Source: an uncultured Gemmatimonadales bacterium
GTDB lineage: Bacteria > Gemmatimonadota > Gemmatimonadetes > Gemmatimonadales > GWC2-71-9
Length of the DNA: 64,000 nucleotides
Assembly (NCBI GenBank): GCA_963821525.1
Contig: CAWGED010000019.1
Coordinates: forward strand, 768,001-832,000
Direction: 5' to 3'
A program made the translations under genes and the position numbers. Shown piece after piece: positions 55,190-64,000 of the stretch; the stretch's first letter is position 1; each line of letters opens with the position of its first letter. The notes beneath the pieces are model-generated. The model saw only the letters and a program-made list of their open reading frames with translations. It did not search any database and was not told the DNA's origin.

Positions 55190-56700
55190 CTACTCCAAAT
55201 TGTAAGCCTTGATTTTTCGGTACAGCGTGCGTTCGCCTATGCCCAGAACCTCTGCCGCTTTACGGCGATTTCCTCGGAACTGAGTAAGCGCCGCAGCGAT
55301 AGCGGCTTTTTCGACCTCGGCCATGGTCATCCCCGGCCGGTAGACGACTTCCCCCTGTTCTTCCGGCTCAGATTCCGGCAAGACGTCTGCCACGGAGCTG
55401 CTTTGGCCAAGTTCAATAACCTGAACACGTTGCGGCCTATCGTCCAAACGGCGCCTCATTTCCTCGACCTGGAGGCGTAAGTCCATGAGACTCCGTAGGA
55501 TAAACTCCAATTCCTGGGTTGGCAGATCGCGACCTGTTGCTCCAATCCGCACGGGAAGCATCCGGCCAGCCCCCTCCAGGATGTCGGCTGGGATGTCGGA
55601 TGCCCGGATCTCCCGACCCGGGGCGAGCACCACCATGGACTCGATGAGATTCCGCAGCTGGCGCACGTTGCCGGGCCAGGGGCCTTCGATCAGGAGGCTC
55701 ATCGCCTCGGGAGTCATGCCGCGGAAGGGACGGTCGTGGGCCCGGGAGAACTCGCGGATGAAGCGTTTGACCAGAACCGGGATGTCGCTCGCGCCGCTCG
55801 CGCAGCGGCGGGAGATAGATGTTCAGGACATTGAGCCGGTAATACAGATCGTCCCGGAATTCCCCCAGTGCTACGAGCTCCTTGAGGCTCCGGTTGGTGG
55901 CGGCGAGCACCCGAACGTCTACCTTGATCGGCTGAACGCCTCCCACCCGAAAGAATGTCCGCGTCTCCAGCACCCGCAGCAGCTTCACCTGCACGGTGGC
56001 CGAGATCTCGCTGATCTCGTCGAGGAAGATGGTGCCAGTGTCGGCCAGCTCGAAGCGACCCAGCCTGCGCTCCGCCGCACCGGTGAAGGCGCCCTTTTCG
56101 TGGCCGAACAGCTCCGACTCAAGCAGGGTCTCGGGTAGTGCGGCGCAGTTGACCGGAATGAACGGCTTCCCTCGCCGGGGCGAGAGATCGTGGATCGCCT
56201 TCGCGACCAGTTCCTTCCCGGTGCCGGATTCTCCCTGGATCAGTACGGTGCTGGAGACCGGAGCCATCTGTTCGATCCGGACCAGCAACTCCTGGATGGC
56301 GGCACTCTCTCCCGATATGCCGGTACGCTGCTGCAGTTGGCGCCGGTCCACCAGGCGCTCGATGAGTGCCACGGTATCGGGCGGGTTGATCGGCTTGACC
56401 GCGACTTCGGTGACGTCGAGACCCAGTCCCTCTCGGTCAGTCTGGGCGGGATCGGTAGGCTCGAGCAGCGCCAGGGTCGAGACCTCCGCGTCCCGCGCCT
56501 GTGCCACCAGCTGCTTGGGCCTGGGAGTCGTGGACCGCACCGGTGAGCACCAGCAAGTCGGGGTGCTCCTTCCGCAATGCTCCTCGCCCATCGTCCATCG
56601 GCGAGATCATCACAGTGCGATACTGGGCAGCCTCGAGCGCGGCGTTGAGTCGTACCGCCGATTCGAGGTCGTCCATGGTGATGAGAATCTTGGAGGCCAT
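55190..56700 (-). CDS. Sigma54-dependent Fis-family regulator with receiver-like N-terminus (frameshifts)
   Basis: [56 protein letters not shown]. Confidence 0.92.
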
Positions 56701-56709
56701 CTATCTCAG

Positions 56710-56792
56710 AGATTTCAAATTGAAGATTTCAGATTGAAGATTCGTGATCCCCGGATCGGCGCGCGTCGAATCGCAATCGGCAATCGGCAATT
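56710..56792. repeat. 7-mer arrays (AGATTTC/AGATTGA x5; CAATCGG x2-3)
   Basis: Left array uses the same units as 28541-28610. Confidence 0.75.
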
Positions 56793-57310
56793 ACCGGTGG
56801 TCCGTCGCAATCCCCCGAATCAGCTGAACTGCGTGTTCCACCAGATCATCGAGTACCGCCAAGCCGTCTCGCACACCGTTCGGACTTCCTGGCAGATTCA
56901 CGATCAACGTTTTCCCTCTCACGCCGGCGAGGCCGCGAGCGAGCGCGGCGCGATGAAAGCCGGGGTAGGCCGTCATCCGAAGCGCCTCGGCGATGCCCGG
57001 CGCTTCCCGCTCGAGGACGCGCTTGGTGGCTTCCGGGGTAACGTCACGCGGGCTCAGCCCGGTACCGCCAGTCGTGAGGATCAGGTCGGCCTGGTCACGA
57101 TCGGCCCATTGCGTGAGTGTCGCGGCGATGCGATCGGACTCATCGGGGACAAGATCCCGGGTTGTTACTCCAAATCCCCGTTGTCTTAGCCCAGTCGGCG
57201 ATTGCATCACCCGATGTGTCGGCCCTTTGCCCGCGCGAACCGGCATCGGAGATCGTCAGAACGGCGACAGCGGAATAGGTCAGGGCGGTCGCCGCCGTGA
57301 CCGCCTGCCG
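56791..57310 (-). CDS. MogA/MoaB molybdenum cofactor biosynthesis protein (frameshift)
   Basis: VLTISD, D.SG, LTTGGTGLSPRDVTPEAT, NLPGSP; start approximate. Confidence 0.92.
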
Positions 57311-57319
57311 CCGTACCGC

Positions 57320-58433
57320 CTACTTCTTCACACTCCCATCGGTATAAAACGGCTTCTTCACCACCTCCGCCGGCTGCTTCTCGCCGCGGATTTCTACTTC
57401 GAACCGGGTTCCGGCTTTCGCCGCGGCAGCCGGGAGATAAGTGGTACCAATCGGGATGCCGAGCGACGGACTCATGGTGCCGCTCCGCACCAGGTCAACC
57501 TGCTGGCCACCATGCCAGACCGGAAAGCCGTGCCGCGGGACGCTGCGCTCCAGCATCCGGAATCCCACCAGCTTGCGTTGCAGCCCCTGAAGCTTCTGCA
57601 CCCGCAGCGCCTGGTCGCCCACGAAAGGGGCGCCCTTGTCGAGCTTCACCACCCAGCCCAAGCCTGCTTCGAGCGGTGAGGTAGTGTCGTCGATGTCGTT
57701 TCCGTATAGCGCGTAGCCGACCTCGAGTCGCAGGGTATCGCGGGCACCCAGGCCGATCGGCGTGGCTTTTCCAGGGCCGGTCAGAGCATCCCAGATTGCC
57801 CGAACATCCTCGGACCGGCAGTACAGCTCGAAACCATCTTCTCCGGTGTATCCGGTCCGCGAGATGAAGCATCCCTTCCCCGCCACCTTCCCGATGGCGA
57901 AGCGATAGTACCCGATGTCCCCCAGGTTCTGGTCGGTGATCGGCGCGAGCAGTTTCTCGGACACGGGCCCCTGAAGCGCAACCAGCCCGACTTCATCGGA
58001 GATATTCCGGAGCCGCACGTTGCCACCCTTGACCTTCTGCGCGACGAGGTGCTCCCAGTCCTTCTCGATGTTGGCCGCATTGACGACCAGCATCACCTTG
58101 TCTTCAAACCGGTAAACCGTGCAGTCGTCGATGATGGTCCCCTGGTCGTTGAGCAGGGTGGAGTACTGCACCTGTCCGGTCTCCAGCGCGCCCACATCAT
58201 TCGAGGTGACGCGATTGACGAACCCGTTGCGGTCGGGGCCGGTCACTTCGAATTCACCCATGTGGCAGACATCAAAAATTCCCGCGTGCTCCCGGACCGC
58301 CTTGTGCTCGGCCAGGATTCCCGGAGGGGTATTGCACCGGCATTTCCCACCCAGCGAACGGCACCAGCCGGGCGAGGAGCTCACGGTGCACGTCGTAGAG
58401 CGGGGTGCGTTTCAGGGTTGTGGTGTCAGACAT
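57320..58433 (-). CDS. gcvT: Glycine cleavage system aminomethyltransferase T (frameshift near 58320)
   Basis: [46 protein letters not shown]. Confidence 0.95.
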
Positions 58434-58449
58434 TTCGGTTCCGTGGTCA

Positions 58450-58556
58450 GGTAAGCGGTAAGCGGTAAGCGGTGAGCGGGCGGGATTGCAGAGGTCAGTT
58501 GTTTGCAAGAACTCAAGCACTCCTGCCCGCTGACTGCTCACTGCTCACCGCTCACG
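58450..58556. repeat. Inverted 7-mer arrays (GGTAAGC x4 / GCTCACn x4)
   Basis: 58450-58477 and 58529-58556. Confidence 0.8.
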
Positions 58557-59460
58557 GTTTCTCTCCCATCAGCATTGCCAGCAAAGCCTTCTGCACGTGC
58601 AAACGGTTCTCTGCTTCGTCCCATACCTTGGACTGCGGACCGTCGATCACGCCCTCGGTGACTTCCTCTCCCCGGTGAGCGGGAAGGCAGTGAAGGAAGA
58701 TCGCGTTGGGTTGGGCCAGGGCCATCAACTCCTCATCCACCGTGTAGCCCTGGAAGGCCAGCGCCCTCGTTTCGGCCTCGCCCTCCTGCCCCATTGAGGC
58801 CCAGACGTCGGTGGTGATCACGTCGGCTCCCTCGGCGGCTTCTTCCGGAAGCTCGGTAATGAGAATGTTGGTGAGCTTGCTGTTCCGCTCGAAGAGCTCG
58901 TGATCCGGCTCGTAGCCCTCCGGACAGGCGAGGCGCAGCTCGAAGCCCAGTACACCGGCCGCATCCATCCAGCTATTCGCCATGTTGTTTCCATCGCCGA
59001 TCCAGGCGACCGACTTGCCATTCCATCCGCCGAGGCATTCCTGCACCGTCATCAGATCGGCGAGCACCTGACAGGGGTGCTGCAGGTCGGTCAAACCGTT
59101 GATCACCGGGACGTCGGCGTAGCGGGCCAGCTCGACCACGTCGGCCTGGGCAAAGGTCCTGATCATGATTCCGTGGACATACCGGGAGAGGACCCGGGCC
59201 ATGTCCTTGATGGGCTCGCCGCGACCCAGCTGGATGTCCCGGGCCGAAAGGAAAACCGCCTGGCCACCGAGCTGGTGGGCTCCCACTTCGAAGGACACCC
59301 GGGTTCGGGTGGAGCTCTTGGCGAAGACCATCGCAAGGGTCTGCCCTTCGAGCGGCCGGTTGCGGTACTTCCCGCTCTTCATCTGCCCGGCAAGGTCAAA
59401 GAGCTAGGAGAGTTCGGTTTTCGAGAGGTCGGGAATCGCCAGGAAGTCGCGTTTGGGCAT
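58552..59460 (-). CDS. argF: Ornithine carbamoyltransferase (frameshift near 5' end)
   Basis: SSTRTRVSFE, HPCQ, DVWASMGQE, HCLPAHRGEE. Confidence 0.95.
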
Positions 59461-59597
59461 GCCGTGCAGCGTGGAGAGGGGGTCCGCCAATTTGGCAGAG
59501 GAAGGTAATGGGTACCGAAGGGTCCGGGGCAGGTGCCCTTTGGGCAGATGACTCTTGACCATGACCGGCTTAGGGTTAGACAACTTCGGAGAGTAGC

Positions 59598-61239
59598 ATG
59601 CAACCCTTCGACCCCGCCGCCTTCGTCCTGATCACCGCCCTGATCGGCGGGGTGATCCTGCTTGCGAGCGCGGTATCCGGGCTCCTCGAAAAGACCAGCA
59701 TCCCCCACGTCGCGGTCTTCCTGCTTCTGGGGTTGCTGCTTGGACCTCACGGGCTGGGATTGGTGGACTTCGGAATGCGCTCAGGTGCGCTGGGTGCCGT
59801 GGCCACGCTCAGCCTCGTGCTGGTGCTCTTCACCGACGCCCTCGGCATCAATCCCCAGGCGCTTCGCCAGCATCTCGGAGTGGCTGCGGTTCTGCTGGGG
59901 CCAGGCACCGTTCTCACCGCCGCGATCATCGGACTGGCCGCAGCGTTACTGCTCGGCGTCGGTCCAGCACAGGCCGCCGTGCTCGGCGCGGCCCTCGCCT
60001 CAACCGATCCGGTCATGATGCGCGGGCTGATCCGCCGGCCCGGAGTCCGGCCAGCGACGAGAACGGCACTCGGGATCGAGAGCGGCCTGAACGACGCGGT
60101 TCTGTTGCCGATCGTCGTGATCGCGATGGCCTTCATGCGGGAGGCGGCTCCGACCATCGGGCAGGTGAGCCGAGTGGCGCTGGACGTGCTCGTGCTGGGA
60201 CCGGCCGCCGGTGTGGCGACCGGATATCTCGCGGTGCGGCTCCTCGAAGCAGTGAGAGGCCGCTACGGGATTCGGCGAGACTACGAGTCGATGTACGTGC
60301 TGGGTGTCGCGTTCACCGCATTCGCGATCGCCGAATCACTCCACGCCAGTGGCTTCATGGCAGCCTTTGCCGCTGGGCTTACCATAGACCTGCTGGATGT
60401 GGAGCTGTGTGACTGCTTCCACGATTACGGGGAAGCCACGTCCACGATGCTACTGCTGTTCACCTTCGTTCTGCTGGGGCTGTCGCTCATCTGGACCGGC
60501 CTCTCGATCATGTCGGCGCAGACCCTGGCGTTCGCGGTATTGGCGCTGGTGGCGCGGTCGCTGGTTCTGCTCGTAGCCCTTCCACGCAACGCCGTGGACC
60601 CGAGAGCCGGAAGCTCGTCGTGTGGTTCGGCCCGCGCGGGCTGAGCTCGCTGCTTCTCGTGCTGCTTCCGATTTTCACGGGGATCGAGGGGAGCAGTCAT
60701 TGTTCGCGCCGGTCGCCACCGTGGTGCTGCTCTCCGTCGTGGTGCACGGAGGGATGCTGGCCCTCTGGATTCGCAAGCTGGAACCTGCGCAGGTGAGCGC
60801 GGCGACCGAAAGTCAGGAGACACCTCTCGTCGCCCATTCGGAGCTGATCACCTTCGACGAGATAAAGCGGCTGGATGCGGCGGGAATTCCTTATCGTCTG
60901 CTCGATGTCCGTTCGGTGGGCAGCTATGCAGGTTCCGACATCACGGCGCGCGGGTCGGTGCGGGTTGATCCCGATCGCCCGGTCGAGAGTGCCGCGGAGC
61001 TGGCGCTCCCCAAACACGATTGGCTGGTGGCCTACTGTGCCTGAAGGAACGAAGCCACAAGCACCCGTGTGGTGCGAGAGCTGAAGCAGGCCGGATGGAC
61101 CAGGGCGAGAGCACTGGTGGGTGGATGGGGGAAATGGGTGGAGCTGGGGCTGCCGGTCGAGGCCAAGGATTCCCCCGATTCCAAATCGCGGGCCGGCAGT
61201 GCGTGGCTGCGGCGCGCGAGTGAGAGTACTGAGGATTAG
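59598..61239 (+). CDS. CPA1/NhaP-type cation:proton antiporter fused to a rhodanese domain; in-frame UGA (putative Sec) at 61042
   Basis: LASTDPV, ESGLNDA, WFGPRGL (frameshifts at about 60600-60680); rhodanese LLDVRS..YCA[UGA]RNEATS..ALVGGWGKWVELGLPVE. Confidence 0.85.
61045..61082 (+). promoter_or_regulatory. Putative bacterial SECIS hairpin
   Basis: gcacc-cgtgt-ggtgc stem-loop (61061-61075) starting 16 nt after the UGA. Confidence 0.5.
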
Positions 61240-61279
61240 GCGAATGTTCCCGCGATTTAAATCGCGGCTCGGCAGAGCG

Positions 61280-62335
61280 TCACTGCGCGACGCGTGCCCT
61301 CCGGGTCAGCTCTTTAGTCTCCGAATCAAGCCGGGGCTCCAGCGGCAACACCATTTCTCCGCGGCGGTTGGTCACCTCCGCCGCCTCGTCGTACGCCGAA
61401 AAAAAGCGCGCCGGATCACACATCGCGCTGATCAGTACAGGGCGGCCGTGCACATTTTCCACCGCCTGTCCGATGCGCCAGCCGACGGTGTACCAAGGCC
61501 TGAATGCCGAAGTAGGCCGTGCGCGTCCGGTCAGAGAGTCCGCCTTCAAGCGGCCATCGAGCGCGTCCGTGAAGACCTCCAGCTCGGCTCGGTCCTGAGC
61601 AAAGTTGGCCACGTCCCGGTCCGCGGCGCCCGGGTGGCGGAGTCGCTGGTGGCCTGAGGATGGACATCCGGCCCTCCAGCTGCGGCCAGCATCGCCAGGC
61701 CTTCGCCCAGGGCGCTGGCCCACATGCGGGCATCACGCACTTCGGATGAAATCGTGTCGGAGACCTCGTGGCAGGCCGCGGCGATACCGACGTGATGCAG
61801 CTCATGCGCCATGGTGTTCTCCACCTGTTCCGCGCGTTCAGCGGATTCACGTAGAGGAAGATCGCCCGGGTGCCGTCGAGATCGAACACGAAGCTGTTGG
61901 TTCGCGGTTTGATTTCGAGGAAGAGCGGGCTTTGAGCGGAGTTCCAGCCGGCAGGTAGGCCAGGGCGCGAGTGGCCGCCGACCGGGGATCGAGTCGGTGG
62001 AGCTGCCCGAGGGCCCTCGCAAGGCTTTGGGTCCGCGCCTTGAGCGAGTCGGATTTCAGAAATGCCTGGAAGTCGGCGTCGCTGAATTGCCGGCCCATCG
62101 CGGCTTCACGTTTCTTCAGGGCCCGATATCCCTCGGTAGCGAAGAGGCGTTCCCAGTCATCGGCGCAATCGGGCGGCCTGCTACCCGGGCTTCCAGGATG
62201 GCGAGCGCTGATCGGCCTCATCAGTGACCAGCTCGACCTGAACGTTGGAAGCGAAGACCCGGAAGTTCCTTGGGCATATGCCGCCTCCGCGACACCAATC
62301 AGCAACGCGATCAGGAGTCGAGCGGAAACCTGCAT
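61280..62335 (-). CDS. Secreted putative Zn-dependent protease (frameshifted)
   Basis: Signal peptide; AHELHHVG; WYTVGW. Confidence 0.7.
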
Positions 62336-62431
62336 GGCTGGAATCTCCGGGAGCGGTCGTCTCGGGCACCTGGCAACCCTTGAGAGACATTGGTACTGCA
62401 GAAAGGGTTGGCCGGTCCTGGTGCCTCACCC

Positions 62432-62844
62432 TCAGCGCGCTCCCAGCGCCCGCGCCGCGCGCGCGTAGTCCTTCTGCTTGACCCACAGGATCATGCCGTA
62501 GCGCTTCCCTGCCGTCACGGCGTCCGCCGCGACGACGTTGATCCGCTTGGCGCCGAGCTTATCGAGCTGGCGCGACACGGCCCCACCCGGTCGTCGCCCT
62601 GAATGACGAATCCCTTCTTGACCTTGCTCAATCGCCATCCATTGCGCCGGGCGACACGGCGCAGCCCTGCCAGATCATCGGTAACCAGGTCTATCTGAGC
62701 CTTTCCTCCGCGCCCGGGGAAGGCGGAGAACGCCTGCAGGTTGACGTTGGCGCGCCGCAGCGCTGCCAGTACGCCGCCGCCCTGTCCGGCGCGATTAGGA
62801 ACCATCACATAGGCGTAGCTGACTTTCTTCACGCGATCCGCCAT
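62432..62844 (-). CDS. Tandem ACT-like domain protein (frameshift near 62580)
   Basis: VPNRAGQGGGVLAALRRANVNL..; GDDRVG..LDKLGAKRINV. Confidence 0.75.
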
Positions 62845-62859
62845 ACGACCTCCTCGGGT

Positions 62860-64000
62860 TCAGGGTCTCGGTTCCTTCGTGAGCCGCTGCAGTCCGGCGC
62901 GCGCCTCGGCAACATAGGGCTGCAGCTCCGGATCGGCATGGCGCCAAGTGTCCACGACGCGCTGGAAGAGCGTGATCCCCAGCTCGCGCTCGCCCAAACG
63001 CTCGGCGAGCTGTGCCCGCTCGAGCGCGGCGAGGACGAAGAACGGACTCGGCGCTGTCCAGCGCCACCGGTCGAGCAGATCGGCCGCGGCTTGGTCATTG
63101 CCCGTAGCAGCGAGCAACCCGGCCTGGGTGAGCTTCTGGTGGAAGCAGGAGATGGTCACCAGACAGAGTGTATCGGGCAGGCTCTCGAGAGCCCGCAGTG
63201 CACTCGTGGAGTCTCCCTTGAGCAGCAACAGGTAGGCTTCTCCCGCGCGGGCTTTGTACTTGGCCCTGAGTCTTGAGCCTAGACCACGGGACTCTCGCGA
63301 GCATTCCCGACGCCTGAGCAATGAACTTCCGCAGTCCAAGTGTGTCGCCACGGGCAAGCAACAGCGGCAACGCGGTCAACGGCCAGGTGCGGAACCATGC
63401 AGCTGCGGTAGCCGCCTTTGTTGTGTCCAGCAGCGTGATATCGAGAAACGGATCCGAAAACAAGGCATATGGCATCGTGTCGGGACGCGCGATCCGCGGC
63501 GCGTAGACCGCGTATGACTCCCGCACATGCCCACGGAACAGGAGCATCGTCGCGAGGTAGTTGGGCCACATCAGCGAATCAGTCACCCACGGCTCAGAGT
63601 CGCCGCGGTGGCCGCCGGCGGCCAGACGGCGAAGCACCTGAACTGCCAACTCGGCCGAATCCGACGAGGCCCCCAGCGTCTCGAGTCCCGCTCGGAAGAG
63701 CGGGGTGAGTTGAGCTGTGTCTACCAGTTCGGCCACGCTGATCTTTCCCGATCGCTCGGCCTCAAGCAGCGCGGCCGTGAGCAGCAACGAGGGTGCGTTC
63801 CCGTCCGTGGAACCAAGGAGAGGATAGGGTCGGGTGTAGCGCCGGGCCAAGTCGGGACCGCCGATCTCCATCGCAAGTTGTATCGTGTGTTCGTAGGCCG
63901 GGGAGAATCCGGAATCCAGGGCGATCGCCCGGTCAAAGGCGTCGAGGACCTCAGCCGGTGTGATCAGCGGTTGGCCAAAGTGATATCGCGCCTCGCCGAC
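62860..64000 (-). CDS. C-terminal TPR-rich part of a large protein, probably a Ser/Thr kinase (partial, frameshifted)
   Basis: Helical repeats; ends WRHADPELQPYVAEARAGLQRL, similar to the end of 6650-9824. Confidence 0.7.

Noticed and set aside
58434..58551. Glycine riboswitch upstream of gcvT
   Set aside because: The short spacer is occupied by heptamer arrays; no aptamer motifs seen
38244..59460. Frameshifted genes as pseudogenes or programmed frameshifts
   Set aside because: They include housekeeping genes and are scattered through the window; sequencing error is the simpler explanation

Overview
A 64 kb bacterial chromosomal window, high in GC by eye. The gene content (Hanks kinase-TPR proteins, DUF885, M1 peptidase, lipoprotein clusters) suggests Gemmatimonadota; this is an inference. 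Many genes, including housekeeping ones (atpB, atpH, argF, gcvT), are split by single-base indels. I read these as long-read assembly errors and joined the pieces, so several coordinates are approximate. Housekeeping genes include etfAB, an acyl-CoA dehydrogenase, an isocitrate/isopropylmalate dehydrogenase, cstA, a LeuA-family enzyme, the F0+delta part of the atp operon, a MoxR ATPase, Mog/MoaB, gcvT and argF. Highlights: (1) a putative peptide-controlled c-di-GMP locus at about 47.5-55 kb, made of a degenerate [FeFe]-hydrogenase-like GGDEF cyclase, a hypothetical protein, an unannotated 27-aa peptide, a membrane HD-GYP phosphodiesterase and a convergent SARP/STAND/TPR regulator, with a lower-GC core; (2) a cation/H+ antiporter-rhodanese fusion with an in-frame UGA at the active-site loop and a SECIS-like hairpin, probably a selenoprotein; (3) a DUF559 nuclease gene flanked by inverted REP-like palindromes; (4) repeated 7/8-mer tandem arrays, mostly as inverted pairs; (5) an ECF sigma / Cys-Cys anti-sigma / TonB receptor module; (6) a Rex-like operator upstream of the atp genes. 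No rRNA, tRNA or CRISPR array was seen.
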